Origin: the human T2T-CHM13v2.0 reference genome, Homo sapiens
Direction: 5' to 3' (one strand)
Length of the DNA stretch: 64,000 nucleotides
Assembly (NCBI RefSeq): GCF_009914755.1
Contig: NC_060928.1
In this document: piece after piece, positions 24,986 to 44,432 of the stretch
Layout of the letters: every line of letters begins with the position of its first letter
Numbering within the stretch: the stretch's first letter is position 1
Translations under genes and position numbers: made by a program
The notes under the pieces: generated by a model
Database searches by the model: none
What the model was told of the DNA's origin: nothing
Seen by the model: only the letters and a program-made list of their open reading frames with translations

Positions 24986-27732
24986 CACTTTGAGAATATA
25001 TTTATTTTACTATTGTTTATATCAGCTCAGAATTTTATTGTTGGATTTTCACAACTTCAAGTTTGACAGTGATTGCTTATTCTTTAACATGAGTTCCTAA
25101 ATGTTAAAGAGAAATGTTAAGTTTCTAAATGTTAAAGAGAAACCCATTGTTCTTAATATTCAAAAGGCTTCTCAGTAAGTTATTACTTACACATCTCTGA
25201 TACCAAATCTGTATTTTGTCAGTTATGGATGAAATTGGTTTCTGGGTTGATTTTCTTTATAGAGCTCTCCACCAATCTCACCATCACAAAACTGTTGCAC
25301 TATTATGGACTCTATATTTAAATATTTAACTGAAGGTTTCTGGCAATGGTGGCTAAGGAGACAGTACATTAAACAATTAAGCATAAATTGATTTAATGTA
25401 AATTAAACCTATGACAGTTTCACTGCTTCTTTTTTTTACCTTATTGTAACTACTGAATTTATTGGTAAGGGTCATTATAATACTTTAACACTCATTGTTT
25501 GACATGGATGTAACTTGTCCTCAGCAATTTTAAATTAAGCTTGCAATTCAACACCTTAATTTATCTCACTATTTAGCCAAGTAATTTCTGTATTAAGTGT
25601 CCAGTCAGGGAGAACTATATCATTAGCAATCTCTAGGGTACTGATAGAATGTTTCCTCAATTCTGAATCAATCTTTCTCTCACACTGATTGTTTGGAAGC
25701 CAAGTCATTGTTAGAATATAACTCCTATGTGCTTCATAGCACCTACAGCTTCTTTGATCCACCCTGGGCATGGTTAATGGAGTCAGCAATATCATAATTA
25801 ATGGAGTCTGTTGAAGTATTCACAGCTGGAAAGTATATTTAGAGGATATTTAGAATAAGTATAGTAATTAATTATTCTTATTTTATGCATGTTTTGTTTT
25901 CTAGTGTATTCAGTTCTTTGATACAGACTTACTCCATTTGAAGTTGAAAGTATTTATCTTATAAATAGCTGTATATATAGTTCTGCTTTAAATTAGTTTT
26001 TAATTTGTAGATGTTTCTCAGTATTTTTGGAGATGCATAAGATTTTCAGCCCTTCTTTGCATCATTATTTTTATGAATTCAGAAAGTTGAAAGAGGTGAT
26101 GATTAGTACAGCTCCAGATTAATTTTGAACAGTCAAATCTCCAAACTAGAAAAAGAATCACAATACAAAAATGTAATAGCACATTATAGTGCAGAAAGCT
26201 AATTTCCTGTTGCTGTTACAGATTCACTCACTAAAAATGTCAGGACAATCTTATTTCATAATTTTAACACAATAGTGGAGAGCTGTTGTAATAGAGCAAG
26301 TATTTATGATAATTAGGTTTTGCTGAATAATGTGGTTCTTCAAAGATGATAGTTGTGGATATTGATTTTCCAAATGGACTGAGCCATTGATTGAATGCAA
26401 TTTGAAGAGGAACAAAATTAGTCTCTTGAATTTACCTGGGGCTGCTACCGGTGGAATACATTATCTGAGGAATCCTATAGCTATGTTTAATAGGTCAAGG
26501 ACTCCCCCTGCCTGTTGGTTCATTTGTGGAATCACTTCTAAGTTAATAATGTTTATGTCTAAAACCACAGGTGACTCCAAGGATATTGCTTAGTAATTGA
26601 TATTTTTTCTTTGCTAAGATAAACAGATTCTGGAGTTAAATTAAGAATACTAAGCTTTTTGATTCATACAGCAAATGAGAAAGTAGGATGTTGATGACCC
26701 TTTGCAAATACAAGCTATTATTGGGAGATAAGATAGAAATTTTTCAATAGAGACAGCTGCCATAACAGTGATACAAATAGTTTTCAGGGTGAAGACAACT
26801 GAAATCACCTTCATATGAAATGGGACAGATTATTCCTTAATTCTTATTAAGCAAAGAAGCCTTCATCCATTGAGACTGGTGTAAATGCAGTCAAGTAAAT
26901 AAACTACATTTCTTAGATTCTAAAGCATTTATTTTTTATATTAAATATTCATATTTTAGTCTTTTTGAAATTATAGCAGCACAACATATATTGTGCCTAT
27001 TTTATATAGAATGTTGAATTTAGTATTATGAAAATGATGTACTTTACAATAAATAAAAAAAATCTAGCTTCTATGGAAATATTCATTAAATATTTGCATT
27101 AACTTTTTACATTATGAACTGTTTATAGGATACAGATAAGGCCAGAAAATAACATGACATCAAGTACAGTATTTTTTTAATTGCATCTAACATAAACAGC
27201 AACAAAAACCGAAGACAGTGTTGAATACTTCTGTCTAATGTGTCTCTCTGACACATTTCAAGTTTCTTTTTTCCATCTGTTAAAAGTAACCAAGCCTCCA
27301 GCCTGACAGATATCATTCTTGTGCATGCTCTTATACAATTATTTTATTTGTGTAAAAGTAGAATTGTTAACTATACACAGAGTATATGCACTTTGAATAC
27401 TGCATTGAACTCATTCTAATATACTCTTCTACGTTTAATATTTGCAAAATTAGATTCAATGGCTTCTTAAAATAGCAAGTGGCAACATGATGTTTTATTT
27501 TATTGTAATAAGTAATATGAATATGTTATTTTGTAAGGTATATTCATAATGTATGAAATTTATCCATAATGTTGAATATACTTTATTATTTTATTTTTAT
27601 TGGTTTTTATTGATCCTTATAATAAAATTCCTCTCAGTTTATGTCATTCATTTTAGGTAATTTGTCTTTTTTTTTCTGGTAGATGTTACATTTTATTTTG
27701 CTTTATAATTCATATGCTGAAGTTTCATTTTA

Positions 27733-27860
27733 TGTACACATATATATATATATACACATATGATAGGTGTGTGTATATGCACATACACTCACAAACATGT
27801 ATACATTTATATACACACACATATATATACACATCTATAAACACACACATGGCATATATT
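27733..27860. repeat. TA/CA low-complexity microsatellite
   Basis: Alternating tata/caca tracts. Confidence 0.85.
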
Positions 27861-28289
27861 ATGACATCTAAGGTCATACTTTTTCACTTTGAATAATTCA
27901 AATAATATTGAAAATATGATCAAGTGTTAAATATTAATTATCAAGTATTATTGTTTTCCAATTCCTTTATTTTAGTATTTTGCAGCTGCTACATGCTTAA
28001 TCAAGTAATTTTTAGCATCTCTTTTACTTATTTAATAATTATTTCAAAGTGAAGTGTTCTTGGATATATGTTCCATTTCAAAAATTCTTTCTTTTACTAT
28101 ATCCTTTACAGGATTTGTGCTCTTAATTGGGTTTTATTTTTATTCCAATAGATGTTAAAGTTATTTAGAGCATTTATAATTGAATATATTTTCCCACAAT
28201 TCAGTTATGCCAGATCTTTTCTCTTTCACAGTTCCTGATATGTAATTACACTCGTTTTGGTTATTTCATCTTTAATTAATTCTATCCTA

Positions 28290-30060
28290 ATTATACATTT
28301 GTACTGTTATTTTGGTGGCTACACTAAAGATTATATGCACTGTTGACACACTATAGTAATATAAATATTTACTTTGCTGTATCCCTGAAAATACTAGAAT
28401 CTTAAAAGACATATTATTGTTCTTATGGCTTTTAATTCTTCATATATTTAATGTCCTTAAGAAGTTATTTTTAATTTTTCACAGCCAATATAATGGGCTA
28501 TTTATTTACCCTTTTGATTGATTTTTGTTCCTTCCTGGATTTCTATATTTCTTTGTGTTATCATTTTATTTCTGTCTGAAGAATGTCACCTAGATTTTTC
28601 TATAAAAACGTTCAGTGCAAGCATGCCGTAATAGATTCTCTGAATATTTATTTTATGAATTTTGTATATCGTATTTTCTCTGGAATGTAATTTTACATTA
28701 GCAGTGATTTTCTTCCAGCACTTTGGCAGTCAATTGTCTTCTGGCTTCTGTTTGTGTGAAGTTGACTATCAGGTTTTTTGGGTGCTTTCTGAAAAAAACA
28801 AGTTTTTCCCTCTGTTTTCTTTTAATATTTTCTCTTTATATCTGAAGAGAAATTTTCATATTTCATATTCAGTTTTCATCTTTTGACTATAATAAGCTTT
28901 TGTGCTTTCTTATGTATATTTTCATGTTTGGGATTTACAGGGCTTCTTCAGTCTGACGATTGATGGCTTACAACAATTTTGGGAAATCCTCAGCTAATAA
29001 CACACATAGTATCATTTTTTCCTGTTTATCCCTGTCCTCTGTCTCTGGAACTCCAGTTGCTAGTAAGTAAGAAATTTTCCTTGAGTTCTTCCAAGGAGAA
29101 CAGTTACATCCTCTTTCCCTGGCAACTTTACATGACCCACAGGAGACAGAGAGAGGAGCACAGTCTGACCCAACTCTTGGCAAAATATCATGTGAGCCTT
29201 CCTGGAACACAGAAAGATAAGCAGTCTTGTGAGGAACTATCAGAAGGTCATTTTTCAAGTGCCTTACTAATTTTCACACAATAGTTAACCATCTACAATC
29301 ATGGGTCCGGTGAGCCATGGTATTTTACACTTTGCATGCATTTAGATATAGGTGGAGACTATAAAATCACTCACCCACAACTTACAATTTGCTCTGTCTT
29401 GCAGAGCAACCCATTGCTTATGTTATTTTTCATCTGCCTCTTTCACTTCAGAGTTATTCTGCGGAACAAGGGACATGAGAAGCTGACAATATATTGATCT
29501 TGCTTATGCTATCTGTGTTAGTAATAAATTATCTAAATCTATATGGGCTTATTATTTGTTTAGAAGCTGAATCTTCGGAAGAGTGACAAATTAACATAGC
29601 AGCTTCATACTCACTGCTTCTCAGGAATTGCTTTACTGCTTAGCATTCCATAGGCCTCTTATGCTCTGTTCTACATTTTTAAAAAACGACTTTTTCTCTT
29701 TAGCTTTAGTTTGTCTTGCCTGTTTTCTTGTGCTGTATGGAATCTACTGTTAAGCTATTTTATCAAATTATTAATTTTAGATAGCATATTTTATTTCTAG
29801 AATATATTTGACTTTTTAAATCTAATTGATGTTATCCATCTCTTTAGCTATTATGTAGATCTTTTCCTCTATTTTACTGAATATATTCACTATACTCTCA
29901 ATTACTTGCATTATAAGTTTAATATATGGATCACCTGTGATCTGATTCTACTGTCAATTTTTCTCTAAATGTTCAGTTATATTTTCTTTCTCTTGTGATA
30001 TCTAGTAATAACAATTGCAGTATCAGATATATGCATAAAAATGTAAATGATGCCTATAAT
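28290..30060 (-). mobile_element. Old L1M ORF1-region remnant, interrupted by an LTR
   Basis: T-rich L1 antisense motifs (ttttcttccagcacttt, ttctggcttc, tctggaactccagtt) that resume after the LTR (gctctgttctacattttt). Confidence 0.6.
29060..29645 (+). mobile_element. ERVL-class LTR, subfamily uncertain
   Basis: Composition shift inside the L1; TATA-like ctataaaa, polyA signal agtaataaa, ends ...gcttagca. Confidence 0.5.
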
Positions 30061-30129
30061 AGTTAACATTGTAGAGAGGAATACTTTATTGTCCGAGGTA
30101 TGCCTGTATCTGTATCTATATCCACTATC

Positions 30130-30185
<56 letters not shown>

Positions 30186-30226
30186 GTACTGTGTGTGTAT
30201 AAACACACACACACACACACACACAT
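30130..30226. repeat. (TATC)n tetranucleotide STR followed by (CA)n
   Basis: About 13 uninterrupted TATC units from 30131, then (CA)n at ~30203-30225. Confidence 0.95.
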
Positions 30227-30659
30227 GTATATGGCTTGAAATTCTCTATCTAGTAGTCATGTTGTTTATTTGACTTTATTTGCTGTCCTTCACACCCAGT
30301 CCAGAAACAAATCGTATAATGGTGTCTTATCATTCTTTCTCCTCAGCAACATTAGAGAACTTACCACTTTAGTGACCTTGCTAGTGATAGGTTTAACTTA
30401 GTTCCTATCCACCACATTGGGACCTTGTCTCTTTTTCTTCCAACTTGATAACGTCATAATTTCATGTATGCAGGTGTTGAGCAGATGGTTTCTTTTACAA
30501 TTTTTATGGAAGAAAGTCTTAACCCCACCTCAGTTATTTGGTTTAAGAAATGAGCCATATGCTCTAAGTATCTCAGCGCTACTGCACAACTGTCAGAACA
30601 TAGTAGTAGGGTTAAGTTCAATTTCAGTGGACGTTGAGATCTGTACCCAGTTGAGTAGT

Positions 30660-31659
30660 ATCTGTGTCCCATAGATTTTGGTATGCTGTACCTTTGTTCT
30701 CATTAGTTTCAAATAACTTTTTTATCTCAGCCTTAATTTTATTATTTTCTCAAAAGTTATTCCAGAGCAGATTGTTTAATTTCCATGTAATTGTATGGCT
30801 TTGAGCAATTTTCTAGTCTTGAATTCTATTTGTATTGAGCTATGGTTCAAGAGAGTGGTTAGTATGATTTCAGTTCTTTTGCTTTTGCTGAGGATTGTTT
30901 TGTGTCTGATTTTGTGGTCTATTTTAGCGTATCTGCCATGTGGAGATGAGAAGAATATATATATTCTGTTGTTTTGAGGTGAAAAGTTCTGTAGCTGTCT
31001 ATCAGGTCCATTTGGTCCAATGTTGACTTCAGGTCTTGAATGTTTTTGTTAATTTTCTGCCTCAAAGATCTGTCTAATACTGTCAATGGGAGTTGAAGTC
31101 TTCCACTATTATAGTGTGGGAGTTGAAGTCTTTTTGAGGGTCCCTAAAAACTTTCTTTATGAATATGGTGCTCCTGTGTTAGATGCATATATATTTATAA
31201 TACTTAGATGTTTTGTTGAACTGAATCCTTTATGATTATGGAATGCCATTCTTTGTCTCTATGGCCTTTGTTGGTTTAAAGTCTGTTTTGCCAGAAACTA
31301 GGATGGCATCGCCTGCTCACTTCTGTTTTCCATTTGCTTGGTAGATGTGTCTCCATACCTTTATTTTGAGCCTATGGGTGTCCTTGCATGTGAGATGGGT
31401 CTTATGAAGAAAGCATACCATTGGGTCTTGCTTCTTTCTGCAGGTTGCCACTCTGTCCCTTTTAATTGGGACATTTAGTTTGATTACATTCAAAGTCAGG
31501 ATTGCTATGTGTGGGTTTGATCCTATCACCATGATTTTAGTTGTTTATTATGCCAACTTGTTTGTGTGATTGCTTTATATATAGTGTTACTACCCTGTGT
31601 AAGGTGTGTTTTTGTAGTGGCTGTTTACTGTCTTTTCTTTCCATATTTAGTATTTCTCT
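30660..31659 (-). mobile_element. Older primate L1 (L1P4/L1PA13-16-like): ORF2 endonuclease region and ORF1 end, left part
   Basis: ORF 31317..31532 MVIGSNPHIAILTLNV.. is an L1 EN N-terminus; the element continues at 35766. Confidence 0.85.
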
Positions 31660-34600
31660 GTTTTTCTTATTATACTTTATGTTCTGGGATACATGTGCAG
31701 AATGTGCAGGTTTGTAACATAGGTGTGCCATGGTGGTTTGCTGCACCCATCAACCCATCATCTACCTTAGGTATTTCTCCAAATGCTATCCCTTCCCTAG
31801 CCACCCACTCCCCGAAAGGCCCTGGTGTGTGATATTCCCCTCCGTGTGCCCATATGTCCTCATTGTTCAACTCCCACTTATGAGTGAGAACATGCAGTGT
31901 TTGTTTTTCTGTTCCTGTGTTAGTTTGCTGAGAATGATGGTTTCCAGCTTCATCGATGTCTCTGTGCAAAGGACATGAACTCATCCTTTTTTATGGCTGC
32001 ATAGTATTCCATGGTATATATGTGCCACATTTTCTTTATCCAGTCTATCACTGATGACCATTTTGGTGGGTTCCAAGTCTTTGCTATTGTGAATAGTGCC
32101 ACAATAAACATATATGTGCATATGTCTTTATAGTAAATGATTAATAATCCTTTGGGTTTACACCGAGGAATGGGATTGCTGGGTCAAATAGTTTCTTTTA
32201 TAATGTCTGGCTCTAGGTGACTTGATCATGGTGGATAAGATTTTTGATGTGCTGCTGGATTCAGTTTGCCAGTATTATACTGAGGATTTTCACATCAATG
32301 TTCATCAGGGATATTGGCCTGAAATTTTCTTTTTCTATTGTGTCTCTGGCAAGTTTTGGTATTAGAATGATGCTGGCCTCATAAAATGAGTTAGGGAGGA
32401 GTCCCTCTTTTTCTATTGTTGGGAATAGTTTCAGAAGGAATGGTACAAGCCCCTCTTTGTAGCTCTGGTAGAATTTGGCTGTGAACCCATCTGGTCCTGG
32501 AATTTTTTTGGTGGTAGGCTATTCATTATTGCCTCAATTTCAGAACTTGTTATTGGTCTATTCAGGGATTTGGCTTCTTCCTGGTTTAGTCTTGGGAGGG
32601 TGTATGTGTCTAGGAATTTATCCATTTCTTCTCGATTTTCTAGTTTATTTGAGTAGAGGTGGGTCCCCTTATAATATTCTCTGATGGTAGTTTGTATTTC
32701 TGTGGGATCAGTGGTGCTATCCCCTTTATCATTTTTTATTGTGTCTATTTGATTCTTCTCTCTTTTCTTCTTTATTAGCCTGGCTAGCAGTCTATCTATT
32801 TTGTTAATCTTTTCAAAAAACCAGCTCCTGGATTTAATGATTTTTTGAAGGATTTTTTTGTGTCTCTATCTCCTTCAGTTCTGCTCTGATTTTAGTTATT
32901 TCTTGTCTTCTGCTAGCTTTTTAATTTGTTTGCTCTTGCTTCTCTAGTTCTTTTAATTGTGATGTTAGAGTGTCAACTTTAGATCTTTCCCACTTTCTCC
33001 TGTGGGCATTTAGTGCTATAAATTTTCCTCTAAACACAGCTTTAAATGTGTCCCAGAGATTCTGGTACATTGTGTCTTTGTTCTGATTTGTTTCAAAAAA
33101 CTTAATTTTTTCTGCCTTAATTTCATTATTTACCCAGTGGTCATCAGGAGCACATTGTTCTGTTTCCTTGTAGTTGTGTGGTTTTGAGTGAGTTTCTTAA
33201 CCCTGAGTTCTAATTTGATTGCACTGTGGTCTGAGAGACTGTTGGTTATGATTTCCATTCTTTTTCAGTTGCCAAGGTGTGTTTTACTTCCAATTATGTA
33301 GTCAATTTTAGAATAAGTGAGATGTGGTGATGTGAATAATGTATATTCTGTTCATTTGGGGTGGAGAGTCCTGTAGATGTCTATTAAGTCAGCTTGGTAC
33401 AGAGCTGAGTTCAAGTCCTGAATATCCTTGTTAATTTTCTGTTTTGTTGATCTGTCTAATATTGACAGTGGGTTGTTAAAGTCTCCCACTAACATGGTGT
33501 GAGGGTCTAAGTCTCGTTGTAGGTCTCTAAAAACTTGCATAATGAATCTGGGTGCTCCTGTACCGGGTGCATATATTTTTAGGATAGTTAGCTCTTCTTG
33601 TTGAATTGATCCATTTACCATTATGTAATGGCCTTCTTTTTCTCTTTTGATCTTTGTTGGTTAAAAGTCTCTTTTATCAGAGACTAGGATTGCAACGCCT
33701 CCTTTTTTTTGCTTTCCATTTGCTTGGTAGATCTTCCTCCATCCCTTTATTTTGAGTCCATGTGTGTCTTTGCACATGAGATGGGTCTCCTGAATACAGC
33801 ACACTGATGGATCTTGACCCTTTATCCAATTTGCCAGTCTGTATCTTTTAACTGAGGCATTTAGCACATATACATTGAAGGTTAATATTGTTACGTGTGA
33901 ATTTGAACCTGTCATTATGACGCTAGCTGGTTTATTGCCCGTTAGTTGATGCAGTTTCTTCTTAGTGTTGATTGACTTTAGAATTTGGTATGTTTTTGCA
34001 GTGGCTGAAACTTGTTTTTCCTTTTCATATTTAGTGCTTCCTTCAGGAGCTCTTGTATGGCAGGCCTGGTGGCATTTGCTTATCTGTAAAGGAATTTATT
34101 TCCCCTTCGCTTATGAAGCTTAGTTTGGCTGGATATGACATTCTGGATTGAAAATTCTTTTCTTTAAGAATGTTGAATATCGGTCCTCACTCTCTTCTGG
34201 CTTGTAGGGCTTCTGCCAAGAGATTCACTGTTAGTCTGATGGGCTTCACTTTGTGGGTAACCCAACCTTTCTCTCTGGCCACCCTTAACATTTTTTCCTT
34301 CATTTCAATCTTGGTGAATCTGATGATTATGTGTCTCAGTGTTTCCCTTCTTGAGGAGTATCTTTGTGGTGTTCTCTGTATTTCCTGAATTTAAATGCTG
34401 GCCTGTCTTGCTAGGTTGGGGAAGTTCTCCTGGATAATATCCTGAAGAGTGTTTTCCAGCTTGGTTCCATTCTCCCTGTCACTTTCAGGTACACCGATCA
34501 AATGTAGATTTGGTCTTTTCACATGGTCCCATATTTCTTGGAGGCTTTGTTTGTTCCTTTTCATTCTTTTTTCTCTAATCTTGTCTTCACGCTTTATTTC

Positions 34601-35765
34601 ATTAAGTTGATCTTCAATTTCTGATATCCCTTCTTCGGCTTGATTGATTCAGCTATTGATAATTGTGTATGCTTCCCAAAGTTTTCATGCTATGTTTTTC
34701 AGCTCCATCAGGTCATTTATGTTCTTCTCTAAACTGGTTATTCTAGTTAGCAATTCCTCTAACCTTTTTTCAAGATTCTTATCTTCCTTGCATTGGGTTA
34801 GGACATGCTCCTTTAGCTCTGAGGAGTGTGTTATTACCCACCTTATGAAGCCTACTTCTGTCAATTCATCAAACTCATTCTCCATCCAGTTTTGTTCCTT
34901 TGTTGGTGAGGAGTTGTGATCCTTTGGAGGAGAAGAGATGTTCTGGTTTTGGAATTTTCATACTTTTTGGGCTGTTTTTTTCCCTCATCTTCATGGATTT
35001 ATCTACTTTTGGTCTTTGATGTTGGTGACTTTCAGATGGGGTGTCTGGGCAGATGTCTTTTTTGATGTTGAACTTCCTGGCGCCTTTGTTTACACTGTGA
35101 GGGGAAAACCTCCTACTCAAGCCTCAGAAATGGCAGACACCTCTCCCCTCACCAAGCTCGAGCATCCTAGGTTTACATCAGACTGCTGTGCTGGCAGCAA
35201 GAATTTCAAGCCAGTGGATCTTAGCTTGCTGGGCTCCATGGGGGTAGGACCCACTGAGGTGGACGACTTGGCTCCCTGGCTTCCACCCCCTTTCCAGGGG
35301 AGTGAACAGTTCTGTCTCATTGGCATTCCAGGAGCCACTGGGTTATGAAAAAAAACTCCTGTGGCTAGCTCAGTGTCAGCCCAAATGGCTGCCAAATTTA
35401 GTGCTTGAAACCCAGGACCCTGGTGGTGTTGGAACCTGAGGCAATCTCCTGGTCTGTGGGTTGTGAAGACCATGGGAAAAGCATAGTATCTGAGCCAGAA
35501 TGCATCGTCCCTCATGGCACAGTCCCTCATGGCTTCTCTTGGCTAGGGGAGGGAGTTCCCTAACCTCTTTCACTTCCTGGGTGAGGTGAAGCCCCACCCT
35601 GCTTCAGCTCACTCTCCATGGGCTGCACCCACTGTCTAACCAGTCCCAATGAGATGAGCTGGGTACTTCTTTTGGAAATGCAGAAATCTCCCACCTTCTG
35701 TGTTGATCTCACTGGGAGATGCAGACTGGTGCTGTTCCTATTCAGCCATCTTGGCAGCCACCTAC
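31660..35765 (-). mobile_element. L1PA7-like element with both termini but two large internal deletions
   Basis: 3' UTR at 31660, 5' end ttcagccatcttggcagcc at ~35740-35765; TSD ccatatttagta(t/c)ttct(c/t)t at 31641-31659 and 35766-35784; EN peptide MTGSNSHVTILTFNV; ORF1 peptide MENEFDELTEVGF. Confidence 0.92.
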
Positions 35766-37810
<2,045 letters not shown>

Positions 37811-38979
37811 GCAATCTTTTTAAAATTTGGGTCAAACATGGCATCTCTTTCAAAAAGACAAGTTATTAAAAATGTGAAATCTAATATACCACCTTAATCT
37901 GATATCCTTTGTATTTTATTTAGATTAAAACTTCTGCATAGGTCGCTTCCAAGATGGACGAATAGGAACAACTCCAACCTACAGCTCCCAGCGAGATTGA
38001 TGCAGAAGATGGGCGATTTCTGCATTTCCAACTGAGGTAACTGGTTCATCTCACTGGGACTGGTTGGACAGTTGGTGCAGCCCAGGGAGGGTGAGCTGAA
38101 GCAGGGCGGGGTGCTGCCTCACCCAGGAAGCACAAGGGGTTGGGGGATTTCCCTTTCCTAGTCAAGGGAAGTCATGAGAGATTGTACCTGGAGGAACAGT
38201 ACACTCCTGCCCAAATAGTGTGCTTTTCCCATGGTCTTTGCAAATGGCAGACCAGGAGATTCCCTCCCATGCCTTGCTCAGTGGGTCCCATGCCCATAGA
38301 GCCTTGCTCACTGCTAGTGCAGCAGTTTGAGATTCACCTGGGATGCTGGAGCTTGGTCAGGGGAGTGGCATCTGCCATTGCTGAGGCTTAAGTAGGTGGT
38401 TCTATGCTCACAGTGCAAACAAAGCAGCAGGGAACCTCAAACTGGGCGAAGCCCACCACAGCTCAGCAAGGCCTACTGCCTCTCTAAATTCCACCACTGG
38501 GGGCAGGGCATATCTGAACAAAAGGCAGCAGACATCTTCTGCAGACTTAAACGTCCCTGCCTGAAAGCTCTGAAGAGAGCAATGGTTCTGCCCAGCATGG
38601 TGTTCGAGCTCTAATAATGGACAGACTGCCTCTTCAAGTAGGTCCCTGACCCTCTTGTAGCCTGACTGGGAGACACCTCCTAGTAGGGGGCCAAAAGAAA
38701 CCTCATACAGGCGGGTACCCCTTTGGGAAGAAGCTTCCAGAGGAAGGATCAGGCAGCAATATTTGCTGTTCTGCAGCCTCCACTGGTGATACTCCAAACA
38801 GGGTCTAGAGTGGACCTCCAGCAAACGCCAACAGACCTGCAGCTGAATGGCCTATCTGGTAGAAGGAAAATTAACAAACAGAAAGGAATAGCATCAACAT
38901 CAATGGAAAGGACATCCACACCAAAACCCCATCCAAAGGTCACCAACATCAAAGACAAAAGGTAGATAAAAACGCAAAG

Positions 38980-40003
38980 ATGGGGAGAAACCAGAGCAGA
39001 AAGGCTGAAAATTCCAAAAACTAGAACGCTTCTTCTCCCCCAAGCAACACAACTCCTCGACAGCAAGGGAACAAAACTGGACGAAGACTGAGTTTGGCAA
39101 GTTGAAAGAAGTAGGCTTCAGAAGGTCAGTAATAACAAACTTCTCTGAGCTAAATGAACATGTTCTAACCCATCACGAGGAAGCTAAAAGCCTTGAAAAA
39201 GGATTAGACGAATGGCTAACTAGAATAACCAGAGTAGAGAAGAGCTTAAATGATCTGATGGAGCTGAAAACCACAGTATGAGCACTTGGGGAAGCACAAA
39301 AAAGCTTCAATAGCCAACTCAATCAAGCAGAAGAAAGAGATCAATGACTGAAGATCAAATTAATGAAATAAAGAGAGAAGAGAAGATTAGAGAAAAAAGA
39401 GTCAAAAGAAATGAATGAAGCCTCCAAGAAAAGTGGGACTATGTGAAAAGACCAAATATATGTTTTATTGATGAGCCAGAAAGTGATGGGGAGAATGGAA
39501 CCAAGTTGGAAAACACTCTTCAGGATATCATCCAGGAGAACTTCCCCAACCTAGCAAGACAGGCTAAGATTAAAATTCAGGAAATACAGAGAATACCACA
39601 AAGATACTCCTTGAGAGGGGAAAACCCAAGACACGTAATCATCAGACTTACCAAGATTGAAATGAAGGAAAAAATGTTAAGGGCAGCCAGAGAGAAAGGT
39701 TGGGTTACCCATAAAGTGAAGCCTATCAGACTAACAGCAGATCTCTCTGCAGAAACCCTATAAGCCAGAAGAGAGTGGGGGCCAATATTCAACTTTCTTA
39801 AACAAAAGAATTTTCAACCCAGAATTTCATATCCTGCCAAACTAAGCTTCATAAGTGAAGGAGAAATAAAATCCTTTACAGACAAGCAAATGCTGAGGGA
39901 TTTTGTCACCACCAGGTCTGCCTTACAAGAACTCCTGAAGGAAGCACTAAACATGGAAAGAAACAACCAGTACCAGCCACTGCACAAACATGCCGAAGTG
40001 TAA
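38980..40003 (+). pseudogene. L1 ORF1p pseudogene
   Basis: atggggagaaaccagagc start; RRM peptide KRPNICFID..ENTLQDIIQENFPNLARQ; multiple stops. Confidence 0.9.
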
Positions 40004-40066
40004 AAACCATTGGCGCTATGAAGAAACTGCATCAATTAATGGGCGGAATAACCAGCTAGCATCATT

Positions 40067-44211
<4,145 letters not shown>

Positions 44212-44250
44212 ACAATGAGAACACATGGACACAGGGAGGGGAACATCACA

Positions 44251-44291
44251 CAAAATGCTGGGATTACAGGCATAAGCCACCGTGCCCAGCT
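44251..44291 (-). mobile_element. ~40-bp Alu 5'-end remnant fused to the L1 3' UTR
   Basis: caaaatgctgggattacaggcataagccaccgtgcccagc. Confidence 0.9.
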
Positions 44292-44432
44292 GAAATTATA
44301 TATTTATATATGCGTGTATTTGAAACTTTTTATTCTTTCAATCAGTATTTGCTAAAAACTCATTATTTGAGGTCACAGTACTGCGAGAATGATATAAAGA
44401 TTACACTATAAAGATATATTAAGATGATTATT

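Noticed and set aside
35060-35085. 5' UTR deletion as a spliced L1 integrant
   Set aside because: The nearby GT is retained at the junction; a short microhomology fits better than GT-AG splicing
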